Below are positions 10,060 through 19,236 of a DNA stretch of 64,000 bases, piece by piece (the first letter of the stretch is position 1; each line of letters starts with the position of its first letter). Both the position numbers and the translations under genes were made by a program. The stretch comes from Oligoflexales bacterium (lineage in GTDB: Bacteria > Bdellovibrionota_B > Oligoflexia > Oligoflexales > CAIYRB01), in the NCBI GenBank assembly GCA_041736175.1, contig JBGSUI010000249.1, positions 1-64,000 on the forward strand, written 5' to 3'. The notes under the pieces were generated by a model, which was not told the origin of the DNA, searched no databases, and worked only from the letters and a program-made list of their open reading frames with translations.

Positions 10060-10983
10060 GTGGACCATTCCAATCGAATCGGTTTGACGATCTTAATCTT
10101 TCAGGGACTTGCGTTGACTGCGTTTATAGGGTGCTCTAAGAATAGAGAATCCGCAAAATCTGCTTTTGAATCGAATTCTGACCAAAGTTTAGCGTTCCAT
10201 CAAAAGCCGACCAGTCAGGGATTTTTCCTACAGGGGAGCGATAGTAATACAGCTACCGGTACGGGGTCAGGCACCGGGACTAAAACGGGTACGAATACGA
10301 ATACACGCTCGGGTACGGGTACCGAAACGAGAACAACGCCACCCCTTGACACAAGTCTCAATCCAGATCCCTTCACGCCCGGAGGAACCTCAACCCCTCT
10401 TGTGATTGATCTCGATGGTGATGGATTGATATCGACAGCCTATAAAACCCACCGAAAAATGGTGTTGTTTGATATCAATGGAATCGGGAAACGGGAGCTT
10501 AATCCTTGGATTGCTCCCAAAGACGGATTTCTTGTCTACGATCATAACTCCAATGGAAATATTGATAGCGGGCAGGAACTCTTTGGCAATGGGACCTTGA
10601 TTCAGAGCTCCGGAGTTCAAAATAAAACGCTCATGGCTTCCACGGCGTTTGCAAATGGATTTGATGCACTTTCTACTTACGACTTGGATCACAACGGTAA
10701 AATCGATGCACAGGATCCGGTTTTTGCCGGTTTGCAGATTTGGCAAGATTTTAACCTCAACGGAATAGCCGACAAGGGAGAGTTGTCAACACTGGGTCAC
10801 TGGGGAATCCTTTCGATCTCACTAAACTATACTAATCTTGCTGCTGCACCCATCATCCTCGACGACTCAGGCACTTATATCGGTCAAAAATCAATCACAA
10901 CTACTAAACAGGGTCATCGCGGAATCTTTGATGTCTATTTTCGATTTGCTCCAGAGTCCCAAATTTCGAGGAATACCAAATGA
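10060..10983 (+). CDS. Lipoprotein with Thr/Gly linker and FrpC/RTX-associated calcium-binding module
   Basis: Lipobox FIGC; TGTGSGTG linker; PLVIDLDGDG..DGFLVYD..GQELFG..NGFDAL..DGKIDAQD..GELSTL. Confidence 0.8.
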   Translation: MDHSNRIGLTILIFQGLALTAFIGCSKNRESAKSAFESNSDQSLAFHQKPTSQGFFLQGSDSNTATGTGSGTGTKTGTNTNTRSGTGTETRTTPPLDTSLNPDPFTPGGTSTPLVIDLDGDGLISTAYKTHRKMVLFDINGIGKRELNPWIAPKDGFLVYDHNSNGNIDSGQELFGNGTLIQSSGVQNKTLMASTAFANGFDALSTYDLDHNGKIDAQDPVFAGLQIWQDFNLNGIADKGELSTLGHWGILSISLNYTNLAAAPIILDDSGTYIGQKSITTTKQGHRGIFDVYFRFAPESQISRNTK

Positions 10984-12020
10984 AACGAGTGATAGCCCTT
11001 TTTCTTTTGTCTGTGGCGTTTAGCTGTAAACCAACTCACATAGGAATCGAAAACTCCGACTCCTATGTGTCAGGAATTGAGTCTGGTAAAATCGATATAA
11101 ATTTGCGACCAGACTACTCTAATTTTGGTGATATAAGCGGTAGCACAAAGATTATCCGCGCTTCAATTTACTACTTTCTAGATCATGACCCCAATCATCC
11201 TCAAATCAGGGAAAATACCTTAGCTATCAGGAGGTCGTTTGTAGGAGTATTAAGTTACTTAAAGGGGTCCATGTCAAAGGTTCTCGTCCGATTCAATCCC
11301 ATGGATGCATTCGTGCCCTATACCCCTCAGATTCAAGAGTTTCTGAGGGATCAAGGCCGTTTTTCGACCGTGGGATCATACGCTGAGATCTATGCAGAAC
11401 AAAAGGGCAGTCTAGGAACCACAGATAGCGAAAATATCACCACCACTCGCTGGGAATATGTCGTAAATCTTGGCCAGCCAGAGGAATTGGCCGCAAAAAT
11501 CGGATCGGACCTCGCAGCAAAAGACCTAGTGATCGTAAACGGTCATATTATGACCGAAAGCATTGCCAATAACCTAAAACATATCAACGATGCCTATAGA
11601 CAAAATAATGTGGATATTTATGCTCCTACCGGGGATAAATTTGTGGACAGTACCTATGTTAAAACAGCTTCTTCCTTTAAGGAAGGCCTAGACCGTTTGA
11701 CGCCAGCAAAATTGAATAAAATGCGTCTCTTTGTCTTTAATAGCTGCAATTCTGAATTGGTCGAAAATATGATTTTTAACGCAGCTTCTCAGGCAAAATC
11801 TACAGGTGTGAGTCAAAATCTATTTTTGATAACCCAAAGAAATCGGAGTCATTTTGGCGCATTTTACTTTCAAGTCCCCCAACTCCTCTTTGCACTCAAG
11901 CAAGGTAGCTCTTGGACAAGATTGGTTGACAGCATGTCTGTGTCTCCCGAAAATCGGCGGATCGGAAAAGTGGATATAGAACTGATCCCCGTCTTAAGGA
12001 CTTTGACCCTAGGAATTTGA
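10980..12020 (+). CDS. Lipoprotein, putative clan CD (caspase/clostripain-like) peptidase fold
   Basis: Lipobox AFSC; DLVIVNGH..LFVFNSCNS His-Cys pattern; ATGA overlap with the upstream gene. Confidence 0.55.
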   Translation: MKRVIALFLLSVAFSCKPTHIGIENSDSYVSGIESGKIDINLRPDYSNFGDISGSTKIIRASIYYFLDHDPNHPQIRENTLAIRRSFVGVLSYLKGSMSKVLVRFNPMDAFVPYTPQIQEFLRDQGRFSTVGSYAEIYAEQKGSLGTTDSENITTTRWEYVVNLGQPEELAAKIGSDLAAKDLVIVNGHIMTESIANNLKHINDAYRQNNVDIYAPTGDKFVDSTYVKTASSFKEGLDRLTPAKLNKMRLFVFNSCNSELVENMIFNAASQAKSTGVSQNLFLITQRNRSHFGAFYFQVPQLLFALKQGSSWTRLVDSMSVSPENRRIGKVDIELIPVLRTLTLGI

Positions 12021-12078
12021 ACGGTAGACTGTAACAGTCTGTCATGAATAGATAATTATGAGTGCATGCTAAACCCAT

Positions 12079-12106
12079 TTAACTCCGTGCATCTTCCTGC
12101 CGATAG
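12079..12106 (+). promoter_or_regulatory. Sigma28-like promoter
   Basis: TTAA-N16-GCCGATAG, 28 nt before ATG 12135. Confidence 0.55.
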
Positions 12107-12134
12107 CAAGAGAGAGGGTAGGGGGCTGCTAAAT

Positions 12135-13148
12135 ATGTCGATACTCATTATCGAGCCAGATCACAATGAATTTGGGGAACAAGAAAGTATCCTTAAAAAG
12201 GCGGGCTACGCCTATATTCATACGGCTAAAAATACGGCCGAGGCGATGGTGACGTTAGGGCTAGAAAATTCAATGAATGCCAATTCCCATCCCTCGCCAG
12301 GAATCGATTTAATAATCGTGGGGCTGACGACTGTTGAGGAATCCGCGGAGATTTGCCGTAAGATAAAAGAGAGCTTTCAGTATCAGGATGTTCCAGTCAT
12401 TGTCGTGACAAATGCCGCCTCATCCGAAGCATTTCCATTTGTAGTTGCCTATGGAGCTTTTGATTTTATCCGAAAGCCGGTTGCAGAAATGGAGTACCTG
12501 GCTCGGGTCAGGGCAGCGATCAAATTAAAACACGAAATGGATCGGCGGAAAGCAAGGGAAAAGGAACTGATTGAAGCTACCCGGCAGCTAGCAGATCTAA
12601 ACTCGATGCTGGTGAGGCTGTCCCTTATAGATTCCATGACCGGAATAGGCAATCGTCGCAGCTTCGATCGGGTCCTGGACAAGGAGTGGAGGAGAGCCGT
12701 GCGGAGCGGTCTACCAATCTCCGTCATCATGATCGACGTAGATTATTTCAAGCTTTATAACGATACCTATGGCCATCAAGAAGGGGATGAATGCCTAAAG
12801 CAGATTGCCCATATCTTGAAAAATGAGTTGAGACGCCCTGGAGATGCCTTATGCCGCTACGGTGGCGAAGAGTTTGTAGTTGTGCTCCCTGATACCCCTG
12901 TACAGGGTGCACAACTGGTTGGAGAGACTTTGCGACTTGCAGTGATGCGTTCGGGGATAGCCCACCGGAATTCGAAAGTAGCCGATAGAGTCACCGTAAG
13001 TGTTGGCATCTCAACGATGCTAGCCAATGCGAGGTTTGATCCCAAAGATCTTGTGGAAAGTGCTGACAAGGCCCTCTATGCGGCAAAGACCTCAGGGCGC
13101 AATCGAATCGTAGTCGCAGAAAACTCCCAGGACTCGAGCGTGGCTTAA
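12135..13148 (+). CDS. Diguanylate cyclase with N-terminal receiver-like domain
   Basis: DSMTGIGNRR, DVDYFKLYNDTYGH, RPGD I-site and GGEEF. Confidence 0.93.
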   Translation: MSILIIEPDHNEFGEQESILKKAGYAYIHTAKNTAEAMVTLGLENSMNANSHPSPGIDLIIVGLTTVEESAEICRKIKESFQYQDVPVIVVTNAASSEAFPFVVAYGAFDFIRKPVAEMEYLARVRAAIKLKHEMDRRKAREKELIEATRQLADLNSMLVRLSLIDSMTGIGNRRSFDRVLDKEWRRAVRSGLPISVIMIDVDYFKLYNDTYGHQEGDECLKQIAHILKNELRRPGDALCRYGGEEFVVVLPDTPVQGAQLVGETLRLAVMRSGIAHRNSKVADRVTVSVGISTMLANARFDPKDLVESADKALYAAKTSGRNRIVVAENSQDSSVA

Positions 13149-13156
13149 AGCAAGTT

Positions 13157-14653
13157 CTATGTAAGGGTAAGATAAGGAGGCTGCTGTATGGCGAGTCTGA
13201 GGCGTATGGAAAAAACGCTACCGACTCCGACCGTACTGGTGACGGTCACCTCGCCCCCCATTCCCGAAACTAAATGCTTCACAATAGAAAGACCTAAACC
13301 AGTCCCACCCATCTCCCTGGATCTTGCCTTGTCGACGCGGTAAAAACGCTCAAAGATCCGCGCCAGATGCTCCTCATGAATCCCAATCCCCGTGTCTTCG
13401 ACGTCGATTTGAGCCCATGGGCTTTTTTGAGATAAAGTGATCGATAGTTTGCCACCTTCTGGGGTGTATTTGATGGCATTGGTGAGCAGGTTGTCCAGGA
13501 CTTGAATCATCGCTTCTCGGTCGCCCATAACCAAAAGTGAGTTTGGCGCCAAGTTAAGTTTAAGCTTAAGGCCTTTTTGTCCCATAGCATCTTCAGAGCG
13601 AGAGACCACAGAATGAATAATGGGGTTCCAATCGAGGGGCATAAGTTGGAAGGAATCTTCTAGGGATTCTATCTTAGCCAAACTTAAGATATCTTGAACC
13701 AAAGTCGTAAGGCGGGTTGCGTTTCGTTCTATTTTTTCTAAAAAACGCCCTCTAAGCATTGGATCATCGACAGCCCCCGACTGCAAAGTTTCTACATAAC
13801 CCTTGATAGATGTCAGAGGTGTTTTGATCTCGTGGGATACATTCGCGACGAAATCTCTACGCACATTTTCCAGCCTTTGGACCTCGCTGAGTTTGCGTTT
13901 CATTTCGACACCTAGGTTATTAAGGCTATTGCCAAGTTGTCCTAGTTCGTCTGAGCTGACGTATTGAACCCTACGATCGTAATGACCAAGCCTGAGGGCA
14001 TCAGCAACATCGACCATTTCGGAGATGGGGATCATTATTTTTCTAACCAGAGTCCACCCAAGCCCCAAAGCAGTGACGATACCAAAGACTGCGATGAAAC
14101 CGGTGGTATTCCAAAGTTCTCTTAGACCAGCATTGAGATTTTCACTGATGCGTGTTGCCCAGAAAATACATGTTTTGCCGTTATTTCCAAAAATTTTATG
14201 GGCCGAAATAAGCTCGATCTCTCGAGTGCCCTCGATTTTTTGGTCGATGATGATGATAGAGTCGGTTTCAGGGCGGAGAGCCTTGATGATCATAGAGAGC
14301 TGAAACTGAATTTTTTGAAGGTAGAGTTGGGGCAGTGATCGAGCGTGACTGCCGTTTGCTGCTAGGATACGGCCATCGTCCGTAGACAGAGCCACATTAG
14401 TTTCTCGGTTTGCCTGTATAGCTCCCTGTAAATCCGCTAGGTCGCTTGGAGTTCCACCACAGGCTTTTTGAGCCTGGGCGTGGTAAAGAATCGCTTTATC
14501 CTTTAGATTAGTCTGTTCGACTGATTTGACAGTCCTTTGTACCCGCAAAAAAACTGCCCAAGACAATGCGATCGCTGCACAAAGAAATAAAGAACCAAAA
14601 CTAATATAGATCTTCCAAAAGAGCCTGGAATGAAATGTTTTTACTCCCGGCAT
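13157..14653 (-). CDS. phoR: Phosphate-regulon sensor histidine kinase (PhoR-like)
   Basis: 2 TM segments, HAMP, FVANVSHEIKTPLT, ERFYRVDKARSR, GGTGLGL; pst operon context. Confidence 0.88.
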   Translation of the reverse strand: MPGVKTFHSRLFWKIYISFGSLFLCAAIALSWAVFLRVQRTVKSVEQTNLKDKAILYHAQAQKACGGTPSDLADLQGAIQANRETNVALSTDDGRILAANGSHARSLPQLYLQKIQFQLSMIIKALRPETDSIIIIDQKIEGTREIELISAHKIFGNNGKTCIFWATRISENLNAGLRELWNTTGFIAVFGIVTALGLGWTLVRKIMIPISEMVDVADALRLGHYDRRVQYVSSDELGQLGNSLNNLGVEMKRKLSEVQRLENVRRDFVANVSHEIKTPLTSIKGYVETLQSGAVDDPMLRGRFLEKIERNATRLTTLVQDILSLAKIESLEDSFQLMPLDWNPIIHSVVSRSEDAMGQKGLKLKLNLAPNSLLVMGDREAMIQVLDNLLTNAIKYTPEGGKLSITLSQKSPWAQIDVEDTGIGIHEEHLARIFERFYRVDKARSREMGGTGLGLSIVKHLVSGMGGEVTVTSTVGVGSVFSIRLRLAIQQPPYLTLT

Positions 14654-15396
14654 TTATAGCCGACCCCTCTGACTGTAATAATGAATTCAGCCTCATCACC
14701 GAGTTTTTTTCGGATGGAGCGAATATGTACATCCACGTTTCGGTCTATTACATAAACTTCGCCGCCAGTGATTTTTTCGAGAAGCTGCTCTCTTGTAAAA
14801 ACTCGACCTGGTCGTGCCAACAAAGTGGCTAAGAGGCGGTATTCAGCGAGAGTTAAGACCAACGATTCACCCTTTAGCCAGACTTCGTGCCGCTCATGGT
14901 CGATCGTGATGGGGCCATTGGTGACTAGTTTTTGGCCTACTGTCGCAGCATTTTTAGGGGAGACATCTCCCTTGGGTCGCCTTAAGACCGCCCGTACCCG
15001 CGCGACCAGCTCTTTAGGACTGAAGGGCTTGCTGATATAATCATCAGCTCCCATTTCGAGTCCAACAACGATATCGCTCTCCTCACCTTTAGCCGTCAAC
15101 ATGACGATAGGAGTATCCATGGTGGCTTGATGGGCTTTGAGCTTTCGACAGATCGAGAGGCCGTCCAATCCAGGCAGCATGAGATCTAAGATAATTAGCT
15201 GGGGCCTTAGTTCAACAGCCTGGGCTAACCCCAGCTCTCCGTCTGAAGCTACTTCGACGACGTAGCCTTCTTTCATAAGGTTGTACTGCACCAGCTCGGA
15301 AATATCGGAATCATCCTCAATGATCAAAATTTTTTCTTCGATCTTAGGGCTCAATTCAACTCTCCCCGTCCCAACAACTGAAATAGATTCTAGCAC
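14641..15396 (-). CDS. phoB: OmpR-family response regulator (PhoB-like)
   Basis: LDLMLPG receiver plus winged helix (RNVDVHI, TVRGVGY); lies between pstB and phoR. Confidence 0.88.
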   Translation of the reverse strand: MLESISVVGTGRVELSPKIEEKILIIEDDSDISELVQYNLMKEGYVVEVASDGELGLAQAVELRPQLIILDLMLPGLDGLSICRKLKAHQATMDTPIVMLTAKGEESDIVVGLEMGADDYISKPFSPKELVARVRAVLRRPKGDVSPKNAATVGQKLVTNGPITIDHERHEVWLKGESLVLTLAEYRLLATLLARPGRVFTREQLLEKITGGEVYVIDRNVDVHIRSIRKKLGDEAEFIITVRGVGYKCRE

Positions 15397-15413
15397 GCCA
15401 AAATCTCCCCTAT

Positions 15414-16199
15414 TTAGCCAAATCGGCCTGATACATAGTCCCTGGTTAACTCTAGTCTAGGCGTTTCAAATACAGATTCGGTGGGGCCAAATTCAATCAG
15501 CTCGCCTTGGTACATAAACGCCGTATAGTCACTGACGCGCCGAGCTTGCTGCATATTATGAGTCACAATAACGATGGTAAATTGTTGTTTGAGCTGAAGC
15601 AAAAGGTTTTCGATCTTAAGGGTCGAGGAGGGATCAAGGGCCGAACAAGGTTCGTCCATTAAGATCACTTCCGGATCCATGGCAATCGCGCGGGCGATAC
15701 ACAGCCTCTGCTGTTGGCCCCCGGATAAGGCCAGACCACTGGAATCTAACTTGTTGACGACTTCGTCCCAGAGAGCCGCTTTGCGAAGGGAGTTTTCCAC
15801 AAGTTGGTCGTAATTTCCCTGAAAGCCATTGATGGACGGACCCCAAGTGATGTTTTTTCTGATGGATGAGGGGAATGGATTGGGTTTTTGGAACACCATC
15901 CCAATTTGGCGTCTTAGCAAGACAGGGTCATAGGATTTATCATAGATATTTTGTTCCCGATAAAGGACCTCTCCTTTTAGGTAGGATGATTTAACAAAAT
16001 CATTCATACGATTTAGAGATCTCAGTAGCGTGCTTTTTCCGCATCCTGAGGGACCAATCAAAGCAACAATGCTTTTTTCGGGAATTCTGAGGTTGACTTG
16101 TTTTACGGCATGGGCATCACCGTAATAAATATTGACACCTTTGATCGATAAAACGATCTCACCAAGATCAGGGCTTATGGACTCATTGGAGTTTACCAT
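15414..16199 (-). CDS. pstB: Phosphate ABC transporter ATPase
   Basis: [35 protein letters not shown]. Confidence 0.97.
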   Translation of the reverse strand: MVNSNESISPDLGEIVLSIKGVNIYYGDAHAVKQVNLRIPEKSIVALIGPSGCGKSTLLRSLNRMNDFVKSSYLKGEVLYREQNIYDKSYDPVLLRRQIGMVFQKPNPFPSSIRKNITWGPSINGFQGNYDQLVENSLRKAALWDEVVNKLDSSGLALSGGQQQRLCIARAIAMDPEVILMDEPCSALDPSSTLKIENLLLQLKQQFTIVIVTHNMQQARRVSDYTAFMYQGELIEFGPTESVFETPRLELTRDYVSGRFG

Positions 16200-17137
16200 T
16201 GGATTTTCCTTTGGGAGCGCATTCGGATCAAGACAGCTAGACCATTGGTTACCAGCAAGAGAGCGACTAATACGACGATCCCGGCAGCAGCAATTTGATG
16301 GAACTCTTCCTGAGGCCGTGAAACCCAGTTAAAAACCTGAATGGGCAGGACTGTAAATGAGTCCAATGGACCCTCTGGAACAAAGGCCACAAAGCTTAAG
16401 GCACCAATCAAGATCAACGGAGCTGTCTCTCCAGCGGCTCTAGCCATCGAAAGGATGATCCCCGTTAAAATCCCAGGCATCGCGACTGGAAGCACATGGG
16501 ATCGGATAGTTTGCCAGTTGGTTGCCCCTAAAGCAAAGGCTGCATGGCGTACCGATTGGGGCACGGCCTTAAGAGCCTCTCGTGCTGAGACGATGATAAT
16601 GGGGAGGATCAAAACGGCCATCGTCAAGGCTCCAGCAAGGATACTACGGCCTAGTCCCATAAAACGCACAAATACGGCGAGTCCAAGCATCCCGTAGATT
16701 ATCGAGGGAACCCCTGCAAGGTTAGCAATATTGGTATCGATCATTCGTCGAAGTTTCGAATCAGTGGAAAACTCTTCCAGGTAGACGGCAGCCCCGACTC
16801 CTAGGGGTATCGAGATGAGTGCTGTAAAAATCGCCATATAGGCAGATCCCCATAGAGCCGCCTTGATCCCTGCTTTGTGGGGAAACCGCGAGGGAAAGTT
16901 ATTTAGAAAATCCCATGATAGGGAGTTGATACCTTCTGCAGAGATGGTCCAAAGCAGATAACAAAGGATCAGTACCCCTCCAACAGTGCTTGCCAGAGCT
17001 AATAAAGCAAAACCAAAACTCAATATCTTTCTAAACCTATACCTAGGAACCCACAGTTCAGCCTTTTTTTGTGAGGTCGACTCCGTGGAAATCGAAAAAT
17101 TTGAAATTGGTGTCATGGTGGTGTAGGACTCACTCAT
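16193..17137 (-). CDS. pstA: Phosphate ABC transporter permease
   Basis: [20 protein letters not shown]. Confidence 0.96.
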   Translation of the reverse strand: MSESYTTMTPISNFSISTESTSQKKAELWVPRYRFRKILSFGFALLALASTVGGVLILCYLLWTISAEGINSLSWDFLNNFPSRFPHKAGIKAALWGSAYMAIFTALISIPLGVGAAVYLEEFSTDSKLRRMIDTNIANLAGVPSIIYGMLGLAVFVRFMGLGRSILAGALTMAVLILPIIIVSAREALKAVPQSVRHAAFALGATNWQTIRSHVLPVAMPGILTGIILSMARAAGETAPLILIGALSFVAFVPEGPLDSFTVLPIQVFNWVSRPQEEFHQIAAAGIVVLVALLLVTNGLAVLIRMRSQRKIQW

Positions 17138-18054
17138 TCGTAGACTCTCCTATACTTTTTGACCAGTTGATAGGCGAGCAAATTAAAACCTAATGTTAAG
17201 ATAAAAAGGAGAGATCCAACCGCAAAAATAGATTGGTACTCAATGGTCCCTTGAGGGGTATCACCTAAGCTCACCTGGACGATATAGGCCGTCATGGTTT
17301 GCACGCTTTCGAAGGGATTGAGGGACATCCGCGGAGTTGAGCCTGCTGCTAAGGTGACTGCCATCGTTTCGCCGAGCGCCCGAGAGAGGGCCAATATAAA
17401 GGCCGCAACCAACCCTGACATAGCTGCGGGAATCACCACTTGGGAGGTGACTTCAAACTTAGTGGCTCCAAGGGCATACCCAGCTTCTTTGACGGTTCGG
17501 GGAACCGAGCGAATGGCGTCATCACAAAGGGAGGCAATCATAGGAACCACCATAATTCCCACCACAATCGCGGCACTTGCGGCATTAAAGACCTCCACAT
17601 TATCAAAAAGACCTTGGAGAAAAGGAGTGATGGTCTTAACCGCAAAATATCCATAAACAACCGTAGGGATCCCAGCAAGTACTTCTAGTGCAGGTTTTAG
17701 CCACTCCCGAAATCTAGGAGAGGCATACTCATTGAGGAAAATAGCGATGCCTAGTCCTATGGGAATTCCGATGGCACATGCACCTAAGGTAATCAATGCT
17801 GTCCCACAAAAGAGTGGCCAGATTCCGAAGTGGCGTGGCTCAAAGAGGGGGGCCCAACGAGTCCCCGAAAAAAATTCCCAGAGGCTGACCTCTCGAAAGA
17901 ATTGGAAGGTCTCCTCAGCGAGGACACCGATGATACCTAAGGTGATTAAGACACACACGGCGGCACAGGAGAAAAGGAGGACTTTAACCAAGGACTCTTG
18001 GAGTTTTGCCAATTTTATATGATGAGACTGTATGCTCATAAAAGCACCTTCCAA
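17134..18054 (-). CDS. pstC: Phosphate ABC transporter permease
   Basis: LAGIPTVVYG, SRALGETMAV. Confidence 0.96.
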   Translation of the reverse strand: MEGAFMSIQSHHIKLAKLQESLVKVLLFSCAAVCVLITLGIIGVLAEETFQFFREVSLWEFFSGTRWAPLFEPRHFGIWPLFCGTALITLGACAIGIPIGLGIAIFLNEYASPRFREWLKPALEVLAGIPTVVYGYFAVKTITPFLQGLFDNVEVFNAASAAIVVGIMVVPMIASLCDDAIRSVPRTVKEAGYALGATKFEVTSQVVIPAAMSGLVAAFILALSRALGETMAVTLAAGSTPRMSLNPFESVQTMTAYIVQVSLGDTPQGTIEYQSIFAVGSLLFILTLGFNLLAYQLVKKYRRVYE

Positions 18055-18066
18055 TCGTGGTCACCC

Positions 18067-19017
18067 TTAGTGTTTTACGCCTTTCCAATTTCCTACCGTG
18101 CGGTTCTTGTAAATACTAAGAGCAGCCTCGCTGGTTTCTTTTGGCAACCCGACATAACCAACAGCTTTGGCTAAAGCTGTGCTTTGTGCTAAATAAAAAT
18201 TCACATAGGCGTCAACTTCGGGACGATTTGCAGCCGCTTTATTCACTACAATAAAGAGGGGTCTTGCTAAAGGATAGGTGTGATTGGTGACCGTTTCGTC
18301 GGAAGGGAGAACGGCACCTTTTCCATGGTCTATAGCCACTGCTTTTAACTTTTTGACATTGGAAATATAATAGGAGTAACCAAAATACCCTATGGCGTTG
18401 GCGTCTCCAGCGACACCGTTGACGAGAACGTTGTCGTCTTCACTGGAGGTATAATCTGATCTTGAAGCCCTGGCTTTACCCATGATGACTTCGGTAAAAA
18501 ATTCAAATGTCCCGGAATCTGCTCCAGGACCATAGAGCTTTATGGCTTGGTCTGGCCAGCTGGGATTGAGGTCTTTCCAAGTCTTGACCTTAGAGCCAGG
18601 CTCCCACAGCTTTTTAAGCTGGTCAAAAGTCATGGACTTAACAAACTCGTTTTTGGGGTTGACCACAACGGAGAGGCCATCGTAGGCAACGGGTAGTTCG
18701 ATCAATTCAATCTTGTTTTCGGCAGCTTTTTTGGCTTCCGGTGCTGTTACAGGTCGTGAAGCATCGGCAATGTCGATTTCGCCAACGCTAAACTTCTTGA
18801 GCCCACCCCCTGTACCGGACATTCCTACGGTGACGCGAACTTTTGGATGGGCTTTTTGGAATTCCTCTGAGACTGCCTCGGTGATTGGAAACACCGTGCT
18901 GGAACCATCGACCTTGATCGTTCCGCTGAGTTCTGCCGCCCATAGTTTGGGAGCGACTGTTAGCAGCAATATAGATCCGAACCGGCTGAGATTTATCAAA
19001 AATAATGACTTATTCAA
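18067..19017 (-). CDS. pstS: Phosphate-binding protein
   Basis: DGSSTVFP, SGTGGG, DSGTFEFF; TTG start with AGGAG RBS. Confidence 0.96.
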   Translation of the reverse strand: MNKSLFLINLSRFGSILLLTVAPKLWAAELSGTIKVDGSSTVFPITEAVSEEFQKAHPKVRVTVGMSGTGGGLKKFSVGEIDIADASRPVTAPEAKKAAENKIELIELPVAYDGLSVVVNPKNEFVKSMTFDQLKKLWEPGSKVKTWKDLNPSWPDQAIKLYGPGADSGTFEFFTEVIMGKARASRSDYTSSEDDNVLVNGVAGDANAIGYFGYSYYISNVKKLKAVAIDHGKGAVLPSDETVTNHTYPLARPLFIVVNKAAANRPEVDAYVNFYLAQSTALAKAVGYVGLPKETSEAALSIYKNRTVGNWKGVKH

Positions 19018-19089
19018 GTTGCATACTCCTGGGTTTGTTGAAGTTACAGAGACCAGCCCCTTGGCGCATGGTGGGTTCTAACTTTGGAA

Positions 19090-19117
19090 TATAAATTTAT
19101 GATTAAGATTAGATAAA
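19090..19117 (-). promoter_or_regulatory. Candidate Pho box (three hexamers at 11-bp period)
   Basis: Minus strand TTTATC-N5-TTAATC-N5-TTTATA upstream of pstS. Confidence 0.5.
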
Positions 19118-19236
19118 TCCTCTGCAGAATCAGGGGGCTCTCTTCGATTAAACCGCTTACTTGCAAGCCAGCGGGCTTTCCGAGTAACATTAAATATACG
19201 AAAGATTTGAATCACTTTCTTACCTTGGGGCCCCCA

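Noticed and set aside
10245..10340. ACGGGT/ACCGG near-repeats
   Set aside because: They encode the Thr/Gly linker; there are no spacers or cas genes, so this is not a CRISPR array.
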